The notes under the pieces were generated by a model. That model searched no databases. It worked only from the letters and a program-made list of their open reading frames with translations, and was not told the DNA's origin. Made by a program: the position numbers and the translations under genes. DNA of 56,923 bases, counting the filler, from Porpidia crustulata (Eukaryota), in NCBI GenBank assembly GCA_964255105.1. It is 5 parts of 5 records of this genome, joined end to end, with 100 filler letters (N's around TTAATTAATTAA, not from the genome) between each part and the next. Parts side by side here need not be neighbours in the genome. Positions count along the whole stretch, not along the records: positions 1 to 11,321 come from CAXUWE010000670.1; 4 more parts are not named here. One strand, written 5' to 3'. This document shows positions 1-11,421 of this stretch, one piece after another (position 1 is the first letter of the stretch; each line of letters starts with the position of its first letter).

Positions 1-3000
1 GGGTTGGTGGATACTTCGTTTGCGGCTGGAGAGGTGATTGAAGAAGTTGGTTGGGTTGCAGGTGCTGAAGGCGTCTCATTCGACTGGCTAAGCTTCTTGA
101 AGAATGGGTTTTTTGTGTCGCTGCTGTAAGTGGAGGATGATGGAATAGTAATCGGGGCCGTAGGAGGGCTGGACGTGGGCTCTTGTGGCATTGAGATAGG
201 ATGAGTTGGTGGTATCGAAGGTTCCGATCGGTGTTCGCTAGCATCCCGAGAAAGAACTTGGCTGCTCGTAGGTGTGGTTTCTTGGGGGGTAATTTCCTGT
301 GGTCCCTCTTCGTCTGAAGAATCTTCATCCTCGAGGCTCTCGAGTTGCAATTGAAGTTTTCGTTCTTGCTCTTTGGCTGCTTCGATCTTTGCACGATGGG
401 CCGCAAGCTTTACTTCCTTTTCTTTTGCTTCTTTCTCCGCAGCCTGTCTCCTACGCTTTTCCTCTTGTTTCTTTACTTTACCTTGTTTTACTTGCTCTTC
501 TAGCGCCTTGAGACGTGCTTCGGTGGCCTCTTGTTCTCTACGGAGCTCGGCTTCTTGACGTTCGGCCTCAGATCTATGACGCTGTCAGCTTCAATCTCAA
601 TGTGGGCGATTTTAGATGACTTACTCCATGCCTCTCATCTGGGCCTCCTGGGCCTGCTGTTGGTCTTTGATAGCCTGCTCCTTCCGTTTCTGCTCTTCGT
701 CGGCCTTCCGCGCATCCTCAATTTTTTGCCGTTCCCTTGTCGCCTGCTCCTTTTCGTGCTGATCAGCCTTTGTCCTGAGCGCTTCTTCTTCGGCCTTGCG
801 CTTAGCTTCGCTGTCCCCCCTGTTCCTTCGAAGTGGTGGAGGCGGAGGCTTCTTGCTCGCCTTGCCGGCTTCTCTCGGTGGAGAAATCTGCTCGTCAGCA
901 AGCCTACGCTGCCGTTCTTGTTCTCTTTTAGCATCCTCCTCCTCCGCCTGCCGAACCCGATCCTGGCGCTCTCGGACCTCTCTATCCTGCTTTTGTTGAG
1001 CAGATTCCCCAGGTTTGGTTGGAGGTTTGAGCCCAAGAGCTGCCAGACGCTCTGCCATACGCTGTTCTGCCTGCTGCTTGATAAAGGCTGCTCGGTCTTC
1101 GCCAGTCTTATACGATGAGTATGAGCCAGTCGATGACGGAGTTGCTACTGGTTGTGGAGACTCGCTTGACTTTGCCTTTCTATCATGACGAGTGGGTGTC
1201 AAGTCTCGTGAACTGTCATGGCGCGATACATTTCGCATATCATCGTTTCGACCCCTGCCCGTGCTGTAGATTGTGAGTAATCAATTGCCTAAGATGTAAG
1301 GAAACGCCACTTACTCTTCGCGGCGGACCCTCGAGCTACGGCTGCTCCTCTGTAAATCAAATATAAAGTCTCGAACTTCGTCTTCGACCCCTAAACCATC
1401 TTCCCACCGCCGTCTCTCATGCTCACTGGCCGCATCATCGCCGCCCTGCGCTAACGTGTCCTCAAGGCCGCGAAAAAAGTCTCTGACACTGTCCTCCACG
1501 TCCTTGATCATCCTCTCATTATTTTCTTTCTCGGCCTTAATCCGCAAGTTTTCCTCCTCCAGCCGCCTTGAGGCTGCTTCACTATCATCGTCCCCTGCAG
1601 GAATAGCTTTACCAGTCAACGCTGCTGAGCGTTGCTGCATCATAGCTTTCGCACGAGCTTTGAGCCTGTCTGACTCTGTCACTGCACCACCGGGGCCGGT
1701 GCCAATGAGCTTCGAAGCAGTGCCAGGATGAGCTTTTGCGTCTTTTAAGCGGAATAATTCTAGTTTAGCGTCGGCAATACTACGCTCAGTCTTGCGGACT
1801 TGAGATGCTAGCTCCGGCAGGCGGTCTGTCAACTTTTGTAACTGACGTTTCAAAGCTCTCCGTTCAGCTTCCGAGTCAACGTTTCGGAGAGAAGCATTGG
1901 GATGTTCATCAATGTCTTCCTGAAGTCGTCGAATCCGACGGTATAAATCTTCAGCATCACGTCGATCTCGTCGATCAAGAGCGTCATCTTCGTCTGCCGC
2001 GTTCTCGTCCTTGAAGTCAATAGCATCTAGCAGCACCTGCTTTTCGTTTACCTTTTTACGTAGCTGCTCGAGAGAGAATTCATCGTTTGAATTTTCTGAT
2101 GACGTAGAGGGCACAGGGGAAGGAGTTCTGCCACCTCCGCCGATCCTGCGACGCGCACTTGATTTGTACCCAATATTATCGTCATTGTTTCGAAAGACAG
2201 TGGCGTCTTTCCGACTAGGTGTTATGCCATTCGAGTCGGTGCGAAATGAATGATTCTTCAAGTAACTAACCCCAGTTTGCTGTGGCTGTAAGAACGCACT
2301 CGTGTTCTTTCGCGTTTCGGCATCCTGCGAGAGTAAGGACTTTACGGCACCTATAGAATCTGCAAAATTCCTCGTCGAAGGAGGGACAAGCTCTGGCGGC
2401 AGCTGATTGGGTACGGGATATCCGTTCAACTTTCGGTAAATCAGATGCATTGCAACTGCAAACTCATCCATATCTAATCTTCCCTTGTTTCCGGGATCAG
2501 AGAGTGTCCATATCTTCTCAAGATCAGATTTGGGTAGCCCACTCTGTCCCATCACCTCGATTGCGACATCGCCACCGATGAAGCCTTTGTTGAACCCATC
2601 CCAAGCTTTGAATAGCTGATCATATATTTTCTTCTCATCTTTGGTCACGGCCCATGGCACCTGAGCACTTCCGGACAAGCCCGCTGTCGTGTAACCCCCT
2701 TCTCGCCCAGGCTGTGGCATCATCCGTTGTTGAAGGGCATCAATATTGGGCAGGCCTGAAGCTGGAGCATTGACAAGTCCCCACTGCCCAGGTCTACCGG
2801 TAGGCTGCGCATTCAGGGGCATCGCAGGTCCGGGTTGAGATGGCGCGAGTGTCGATCCGTAGCCAGTCGGCATGGGGGGCATAGGAGGTCGAGGTCCTGA
2901 GTAGCCTGTAGCTTGTGGGTTCTGTGCGAAAGCACTTGGTTGTTGTTGTGGGAAGCCTGTCGGTTGGGCTACAAAGCCAGTTGGCTGATTTTGGAACCCC

Positions 3001-4030
3001 GTTGGCTGTGGTGGAATATATTGTGCCGCAAATCCAGTTGGTTGAGTTGCCAGTTGTGTCAGTAATTGGCTATTCGAAGACTGTGGCTGAGGCTGTTGTA
3101 TACTTGGCGCCGTGCTGGAACGTGATGGAGCATCGAAGTTCGGCGCATTACTTCGAGGGGGAGGCATTGGGCGGTCATCGGGCACGCCGAACGAAATGAT
3201 GTCCACCATGCTTGAGACCTCGTTCGCTATACGCTCTGGTAATAATTGCGGTAGGTCTTTCCCTACTAGCCTCAAATTGCAGAGGTACATGGCGAGGGCG
3301 AACTCTGGGAAGAGTAATTGCCCCGATTTCGTGGTATCCGACAGTACCCTACAACATTAGCGATGATCTATTCAGTGGAGGGTCAATGTACCATATCTGC
3401 ATCAGATCACTACCGGGGAGCTTGGACCGGATAAGCAAGTCTTTGACCTTGTCACCTGTAGACTGTCAGCTTTTGGCTTCGTCTTATTGTACTACAAAAC
3501 TTACCATCTAAGGCTTGCCCATCCCCAACAGCAGACTTGAAAAGCTGCTCGAACTTCGCTTGATCCTGGGCGGTCAAGAATGAAAGTCGAATCTTGGGGA
3601 TCTTGGCACCTTTCAGCGGGGCTTGAGGTGCGACGGGTTGTACCGCAGGGGCGGAGTGGAACGACTGGGCTATCTGTGCAGACGTTTGGCCTGTCTTCTG
3701 CGGGGCTACCTGCGGCTGTACTGGCTGGCCAGTCTGGAACGGCTGCTGCTGGGGCACTTGGCTTTGAAGTGCCTGTTGACTAGAAGCTGGATAACCGGTA
3801 AATTGAGGCTGCTGCTGCGGGGCTTGGAAGCTCTGCTGCTGCAGCTGACCCGGATAGCCCGTATATTGCGGTTGTAAAGGGCCGCTGCCAAAGCTGGTGG
3901 CTTGCTGGGGGAAGCTGTTTGGTTGCTGCTGAGCTGGCTGCGAATTTGCGAAGGAGGGTTGTCCATACTGGGGCGGTCCTGGGCGACTGCTGTTACCTCC
4001 ACCAAGGAAGGAGTTGGAATTTGAATACAT
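1..4030 (-). CDS. PAN1: Actin cytoskeleton-regulatory complex protein Pan1 (EH-domain endocytic scaffold), 3' end runs off the window
   Basis: ATG at 4030 ([11 protein letters not shown]). Contains Q/P-rich QPTG repeats, two EH domains ([37 protein letters not shown]...[11 protein letters not shown]), coiled coils and a NPFF motif near the window start. GT-AG introns at 3456-3504, 3349-3391, 1264-1314 and 574-624 join the ORF pieces. Confidence 0.95.
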
Positions 4031-4561
4031 CGCCGAGTTTAATTTGGCAATAGAGCAAGATATCTGAACACGAAGGGAAGGGAAAAGAATGCCTTTATTC
4101 AAGGGTGACGACGAGAGGCGCTAATGAATGCCGCTGCCGAAAAGGAAGTAGGATCAGGCTCTCGCCTCTGTACATCGAGCTAGATATGTTCTCTCAATCC
4201 AGTATTTATCATCAGTCCGTAGCGATTGACTCTCTCTGATTTCTAAAAGACCATGGAGTATATTTTGAACATTGTATGTAGTGGCTACCAAAGATCATAC
4301 CGTTAAAACCGAGCGTACTGCAGTATTGTCAATGAACACGCCTTGAGAATCGTTACACTACTAAAGCGGTTCCTGACTTCTGTGAGATAATCGTCTCAAA
4401 ATCCTAACGGGGCACGAAAGAGCCTGCAGAAGCCCCATTCAATCCCTACTTTCTCATACCGAATTCCCTGCGAACTCCACCATTCCAGACCTAATCCTGA
4501 CCTGTTCCCATCTAATTCGCCAGACGCCCTCTGAACACCTGCAGCATAGCCAGCGCAAGTC

Positions 4562-5347
4562 CTACTTGTCCCCATTGGTCTCCTCCGCCCCAGCGCCGAC
4601 CATTTTTCTCAATTCCCACTCCTTTGTAAACTCGCGGGAGAAATGGCTGAGGCTGGTGACAAGATCACGGCAAGACTGGATCAACGCAGCACGAGGAGTA
4701 ATGGTGCCATCGGTCTGGACGCGGAGCTCAAATTGGCTATTGAGAGATTAGTCTTGCAGAAATAAAAAGGTAGATGTCCGCTCAGGTTTTTTAAACAAGT
4801 TACGACTTACCTCACTAATGGATGCGGAACCTTGTAACCGGCATAGAGAACAGTCCTCATTTCGAGAAGTCGGGAAGCCAGCATATTACCGAGCGTGTGG
4901 TCTTCTTTGTTGAACGTGAAGATTGACGTCGACTGTACACCTAACAGGAGCAGTCAGTATAATTCTAAAAACATTGAAACATGTAGGAGGCCCAGCAATT
5001 CAATATGTGCGGATCATCTGATGAGTGCCCACCATATGCCATGGCTGGTCGGCGTCTTGACTTGCATATACCGAAAAAGCGAAAACATTGCAAGGGTACG
5101 ACTTACGGGTGTCGGCCTCCTCCGTAACCTTCTTCTCGCCAGGCAGGAGGGTGAAGGACTCGAATCTAGGCGGAATGTTATCCTCTGGTCCAGGCTTCGG
5201 CTCACGGCTTGTGCCCTGAGTAGCAGGATCAACGGGGTAGTTAGAGGTAAGCATGCCTCCGGGAACTCGATACATATGGGAGTATTGGGAAGTAATGGTG
5301 GGCCAGGAATCAAAAGATCGCGAGTTTTGGCCATTTGAGGGTGCCAT
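4562..5347 (-). CDS. RPB11: DNA-directed RNA polymerase II subunit RPB11
   Basis: Splicing out introns 4941-5106 and 4737-4810 gives [46 protein letters not shown]...YKVPHPL...[14 protein letters not shown]...[10 protein letters not shown], the canonical Rpb11 signature. Stop TAG at 4562-4564. The start codon is uncertain because of an N-terminal extension. Confidence 0.93.
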
Positions 5348-6088
5348 AGTGAATGCTTGGTGTATTGGAGTGACAGAGAGATGAATCAAGAATGCAGAAC
5401 TTGCTCACTTTCAGAGACGGTACTTGTGAATATGAAAACCGGCCGAGTGAATGATTGTGGCAGGCGCGATGGAGCCACAACAGACGTGCAGTATAGAGCT
5501 GGAAATGATGGCCATGGCATTCTATTCATTTTGATATCTGCTCTCAATGCATTCATGACTTCTCAGGCGATGATAGAAGAAATGGTATAAATTTGCTCAA
5601 GAATAAAGGAGCAAGCGTTTTTACAAGATCGAAATGAACTAACCTCTCCGGAGCATTCATCTTGAAGTCTCTATGGATATAGGACTCCAACCAAAAGTTA
5701 CCTTTAGGATACCTTTTTTACAGTATACTACACCACTGCAAATCTAGATGTCCACACCGGCTTTTCCAATTTCGTGTATAGATTCCAAAAGTTGCCGTTA
5801 TATAATGCTACTTCAGATCTTGTTTTCCAAAAATGAGCGTCGAGAAGATATATTAATGTTCGACGCAAGGACGGGAGGAGAGTATAAAAGGGATTGAGAA
5901 TTAACAAAGGTGATGCCTTGGAGCCTTTATATCCGAATTTCTGAAATTCAAATTGTTGTTGATTGGTTCAGCCTTGTAAACTAGGTGATATGGGGTTAGC
6001 TCATCATGCATGTAAAATCCCATCGGAGCGCATTTTAAATATTTCACAAGCAAAAGTTCCAATTATCTAACCCTGTAACCCCGTAAAC

Positions 6089-7141
6089 ATGGCTTTCTCT
6101 CAATGTTACCCTTGGACCACAACTCCACTTATCGCCAGCGCACCAATGCGCCTGATAGCTCTGGCACCTTTGGCGGTGGCGGTTTCTCGCGCCGGGGGAA
6201 TCGGCTTCATATGTGCAGGCACAGATGTGGCGGATTCAAAGCAGTATTTAGAAGAAGCTACAGATCTATTGAATAGAGAACCAATTGAAAACACTGCCAA
6301 AGATATTCTACCCGTGGGCGTAGGCTTCATAAACTGGGGGGCTAACCTTGACATCGCCGTAGAAACTATAAGACAGTATGTGCCAGCGGCCGCGTGGTTC
6401 TTTGCCCCTGAGAGAAACAGTGATCTCATAGTATGGACTACGAGGATTCGAGAGGCTACAGGTGGCAAGACCAAGATATGGATCCAGATAGGCACAGTCT
6501 CCGACGCTCTGGAAGTTGCGCAGACATGTGATCCAGATGTTCTCGTCGTACAGGGGACTGATGCTGGAGGCCACGGCCTTCAGCATGGTGCTGGGATCGT
6601 CACTTTATTGCCTGAAGTAGCTGACACCCTGAAAGAGGCAGGACATCACAACATTTGCCTTGTAGTAGCCGGCGGTATCATAGAAGGTCGAGGTGTAGCT
6701 GCTGCCCTCGCTCTTGGAGCCCGGGGAGTAGTCATGGGCACAAGATTCCTTGCTTGCAAGGAAGCACATATCGCAAAAGGTTACCAAGACGATGTCATAA
6801 GGATGAAGGACGGAGGGATCAATACGGTCAGGTCGAGTGTTTATGATATGTTGCGCGGTACCACTGGTTGGCCGGCTCACTACGGCGGAAGAGGCATAAT
6901 CAATCAGAGTTACCTGGATGCACAGAATGGTAGAGTGACCGAGAGGAACAAAGAGCAGTATGCAGAAGCGCTGAAAATGGGAGACCAAGGTTGGGGTGCG
7001 CAGGGGAGATTGACTGCATACGCAGGAACTGGGGTCGGACTGATCAAGGAAGTCATGTCTGCACAAGAAATCCTTGATGAAGTTAGGGAATCTTTGGCTA
7101 GCATCCAGTCGAGCCTTCCTCAGGCATCGCCTAAGCTATGA
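6089..7141 (+). CDS. Nitronate monooxygenase / 2-nitropropane dioxygenase family FMN-dependent oxidoreductase
   Basis: Intronless 350-aa ORF with SAPM, AVSRAGGIGFI, VVQGTDAGGHG, VAGGIIEGRGVAAALALGA-GVVMGTRF and YAGTGVGLI motifs. Confidence 0.9.
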   Translation: MAFSQCYPWTTTPLIASAPMRLIALAPLAVAVSRAGGIGFICAGTDVADSKQYLEEATDLLNREPIENTAKDILPVGVGFINWGANLDIAVETIRQYVPAAAWFFAPERNSDLIVWTTRIREATGGKTKIWIQIGTVSDALEVAQTCDPDVLVVQGTDAGGHGLQHGAGIVTLLPEVADTLKEAGHHNICLVVAGGIIEGRGVAAALALGARGVVMGTRFLACKEAHIAKGYQDDVIRMKDGGINTVRSSVYDMLRGTTGWPAHYGGRGIINQSYLDAQNGRVTERNKEQYAEALKMGDQGWGAQGRLTAYAGTGVGLIKEVMSAQEILDEVRESLASIQSSLPQASPKL

Positions 7142-7838
7142 AAACTCAATCTTTGGGGTGGAAAGCGAGGGACACATTCCCCGTTGAATTTTCTCTGGAG
7201 CGTGCTCATATCACGCCACTGGTGCTGTCGGACCTTCGCCTCCTGGTATGAGCTAGGATCTAATTAGCAATGCAAGTTATGCAACATGAAACTTTCATTA
7301 CCATGCAGATATTGTTGCCATTTAGTAGTATTTTAGATAGCTTTGTATTGGAGCCACTGTAATCACTGTACATGGAATTAGCACTTTCCCATCTACAATT
7401 TAGTAGCTGCTAGGAAGAGGAATATCAGCGTACAATTCCGTCACATCTTCAAGGACCATGTCTAGGATGTCATTCAGTGAAGCTCTACAAGGCTAGAAAG
7501 TTGAGTATTACTCACTCACATAATCGTCAAAGCCCAGAAGAGTCCCTGAAAATTCTAGAAAGGCAAGATTGGTGAGCTAGAGCTTGTGGAGCGGCAACAG
7601 CGTAAGGATATCTGCCTACCTTTGTCGCCCTTCATGATCACCCATATCCGCGAACCAACACATTTGTCAATCAGCTCTAATTTTTGATATCAGTATCTTT
7701 TCGGAACAAAGATCTAAGGTGAAGTTGAGTCACGCACCTAGTGGCAAGAGCTGCGAAGCCATGTCTGGGCTACAGTTGAAATGTGTTTCGATACAATTAA
7801 GCTGATAGCGGAAAGTGCCGAGCTGCGGCAGGCCGTTA

Positions 7839-7930
7839 CACGTATATACCCCTCAAATGGTCAACCTAACCCTAATATCAAAATTAACCCTAACCTTAGG
7901 CCGGTTGACCATTTGAGGGGTATATACGAG
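7839..7930. mobile_element. Foldback MITE-like element (TA-flanked, Tc1/mariner-pogo style) with telomeric repeats in its spacer
   Basis: Perfect 26-bp inverted repeat CGTATATACCCCTCAAATGGTCAACC (7841-7866 / 7903-7928). It extends to 29/30 identity when the flanking TA at 7837-7838 and 7931-7932 is included. The spacer contains TAACCCTAA twice. Confidence 0.7.
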
Positions 7931-8052
7931 TACCCCTCAACGGACCACACCCCTCATCGGATCACCCATCCTAGGGTTAGGGTTATATATACTAGTCTTG
8001 GTCCGCGCTCCAGTAACAACGACTCGGTCGCCATATAGATTGGATTATCACC

Positions 8053-11000
8053 ATGTTCCTCCCTCACTATCGACTGGCGCTGCACATGGGCGGATGCTCC
8101 TACGCTGCGGGTCTGATTGTGCCTGCCCCGAGCATCGATATTGCTCGCGTAGAACATCGTTCCTATCAAATCAATGCAGAATCCAGGCACGACTTACTTC
8201 AGAACGTGTAATCCAAGCCTAACATGAGAACAGATCAAAGGCTTCACCTCTGGCGATCGATCATACTTGGAAATCATCGCAAGCAATCGTCTTCCAGCCA
8301 TCATCCAGAAATCGAGCATGGCGGTCGTCACAGGGGATTGTCTTTTCAAGCCCGGAACCATTGCCAAAAAAACGTCGTCCTACACTCTATGGCACGCATG
8401 AGTCCAGGGCTCTTGCGACTCTGTCTACAACCAAGAGGTTGCATTCACCTAGATCCTTTAACCCCCAGGCCCCGAACTCCTCGACGGTATGCCCTAGCTC
8501 CCAGAGACCGTCCCTTGCACCTCTCAGGTCTAGTCAAGCGAGAATAGACCGTCGTCTGGCGGGCGGCCAGCATCCGGCAGTGAGTAAACCACACTTGCAT
8601 GGCAAAAGAGGTAAAGTGGGGCCCTTGCAAGATCGAAGAACAAAGTCGGCAGGCCTAGGGCATACTGAGGGAGGGCACACACCGCAGAACCCTTCTCATA
8701 AGCGTTTGGGCGATCACCCGGATACTTTGCAAACCTACAACAAGATTGCGCCAGATACCAGTCAGTCAGGCGTGCCAGTTCAAGCTTTCCATCGGGTGAG
8801 AAACGTTGCTCCTTGGGCTTCCAACATGCAGCTCCTGAATAGAAAGATCAAGAGCCAAGAATCATTGAGAGTCAATGGCGTCACAAATATAGCGCATTAT
8901 GGGGAAAATCGCGATCAACTGATTGACATAAGAGCAGTACATGCTCGGCCTTCGAATCAATTTCCATCGCGCCGCAAACCATATATTGCAAGGCCAACAT
9001 CAAATCTCCAGGACCGTAGTAAAACTCAGAAGATGCCAAAAGACGACTCTAATGTAAATCTCTTTAGACCACGAGAGGACGAGGCTACAGCATCACATTA
9101 TATGGCTGAGAATGGACTAGTGTATTGGGGTTCGATAGTACCTGATCATTCTCTCCCCTGGTATCCCGTCATCCGAGGCTATATGAACCTGATAGTCTTC
9201 ATCAATGCCTTGCTTGATGGACCTCTTTTCGGATATAAGACATTGAAATTCTATTTACGCGACACAAAACACCAGATACATTTTATGAGAGAAAAAATGA
9301 TTAGGTGCTCTTTTGACTTGCGACAGATACCGAAGCTCGTCCAGCATTCTCAAATGATTCAAGATCTGCATTGCGATCAACGTCTTCAGAAACAAAGAGC
9401 CTTTGATCTCCACGTCCACCAATACAGAAAACTCGCCCCGGTCAGATCATTTATGGAATCACAAAGAGAAATCTTCGCTTGCCATATCGAGTTAATGGGA
9501 TTTCGAAAGAATCGCGATATGACAATCTCACCACGAATGTACAATATTTCGCGGCTTTGCAAGACGCTTTCCGCCACACTTGAAGGCCTTCCAGATTATA
9601 TTCGGCTTGCGAATGCAAGATATCTACATTGCCACAGTGGAGAAGATCTAGTAGACCCCTGGTTAGCCGTCTCAATTGCTTTAAGTCACAATCAGGCATT
9701 ATTCTTCAAACTAGAGCAGCTGTCAAAGTACTGGCGAACGTCTGGCATCGCAGATCACATGGGTTTTCCGAGGCATGGAAGTGCAAGGAAGGCATTCGTT
9801 CACATGAAACGAGAAATGAGAGAATGCATTCGAGATCTAAAGCCTGGTTTGAGTTGGTTCAGGCAAATGCTAATTAATCAATGGGCGAGTCGTTCTCCCA
9901 ATGACACTGCTGGAGATGCACCTCAAGAGGATCCAGCTGACAAGGATGAACTATCCAACGAAAGATCTCAGAAGAGCAAAAGAAGAGATGAGAACATTAA
10001 GGACTCCAATAGGTCACCCGACAGAGGCATATCTCTCGAGCATGCACAGCTGGACGTTCTGGCCGGATCTTCCTCATCTGACTTGACGCTGGGTTTGAAT
10101 ATATGCCCCACTCAGAAACTAGCTCAGGAGTACATCTCTTCCCCACTTCAAGTGGTCCCTAGCACGTCAAACGAAATTTGGACCAACTTTGCTGTCATGC
10201 CGGAGGCTTCGGTGAAGAGCAGTGCGCTGGGCTTGGATGGAGACGTTTCCAATCTAAGTCACAGCGTTGATGCCATGGATAATCCGCTCGACGTTCACGT
10301 TGGAAGCACTGCTCCAAGTGTTACAGAAGAGCCTTTCCAGCGTCACCAGAGCCCCCTAGGCTACCGTATCCCCGACATTAAGCTTTTAGAAGCCAGAAGC
10401 GTACCCCCTGGCACTACGGCGTCTTACTGGCAGTATCTGCTTTATAGAGGTCCGAACGGGGAGAAGATAAAAGTGCATTATTGCAAGAGCAAGGCAACCA
10501 CGGAACGTATCGCGCAGTTATTTCTAAATCAAGAAGTTGTAGGCTTTGATATCGAATGGAAACCTCAGGCGCTAGCTATCGAAGGAGTTAAGAAGAATGT
10601 GGCACTCATCCAACTGGCAACCGAGGAGCGCATAGCTCTTTTTCACATTGCACGATATTGGGAGGATGAGAATCATGATGATCTACTAGCACCGACGTTG
10701 CGAAAGATCATGGAATCAAGCGCAACCACAAAAGTTGGAGTATCGATCAAGGCTGATTTTACGAGACTCCGGAAATTCATGGGTGTTGATGCTCGTGGTC
10801 TCTTTGAGCTTAGCCATTTATACAAGCTGGTCAAGTTTGCCCCAGAGAACATCAAATTGGTCAACAAGAGGCTAGTGTCTCTATCGCAGCAGGTCGAGGA
10901 ACATCTCCAACTTCCCATGTGGAAGGGCGAAGTGCGTTCTAGCGATTGGAGCCAAGAATTGAACTACGAACAAATCTATTGTGAGTACATATGAAAACCA

Positions 11001-11321
11001 GATGCCGCACCTAGACTAAATCACGCTAGATGCCGCTTCCGATTCATACGCCGGATTCCAACTTTACCACGTGCTCGAGGGCAAACGCAAAGCCCTCAAC
11101 CCACCACCCCCCCGTCCCGACCACGCCGAACTGAACCTCCCAATCCGTCTCGCCGACGGCCAAACCGTCGCGACCTCCGACGACGCACCCGAAACCAACG
11201 ATCAAACCCCCACCGACCCAGCGCCGGACCCGTCAATATCCCTCGAACAAACGGCCCGTGACTTCCTCAACGTCGCCATCGAAGACTCGCCCCTTCCTCC
11301 CAAACCCCAACCCAAGTCCAC
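8053..11321 (+). CDS. DEDDy 3'-5' exonuclease (WRN-exonuclease/EXD2-like) with a long N-terminal extension, 3' end truncated at the contig end
   Basis: 877-codon ORF 8361-10994 ends in an exonuclease domain (ExoI VGFDIEW, ALIQLA, KVGVSIKADFTRL, SDWS). Intron 10981-11029 supplies the ExoIII motif YAASDSYA. The start at 8053 is tentative and needs a GC-AG intron at 8187-8233. Confidence 0.85.
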
Positions 11322-11421
11322 NNNNNNNNNNNNNNNNNNNNNNNNNNNNNNNNNNNNNNNNNNNNTTAATTAATTAANNNNNNNNNNNNNNNNNNNNNNN
11401 NNNNNNNNNNNNNNNNNNNNN
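11322..11421. other. Artificial contig linker (N-run with central TTAATTAATTAA)
   Basis: 100-nt spacer carrying a six-frame stop sequence; identical design at four places. Confidence 0.98.

Noticed and set aside
299..3360. Many plus-strand ORFs over PAN1 (and similar antisense ORFs over other genes)
   Set aside because: These are shadow frames of well-supported genes on the opposite strand.
4941..5106. Long RPB11 intron with CTGATGAG...CGAAA (hammerhead- or snoRNA-like)
   Set aside because: Stem II cannot be formed and no convincing C/D or H/ACA architecture is present on the transcribed strand. An Infernal/Rfam scan would settle it.
11366..11377. Repeated TTAATTAATTAA palindrome at about 11.4-kb periodicity
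   Set aside because: It is always embedded in N-runs, so it is an assembly spacer with six-frame stops, not a biological repeat.
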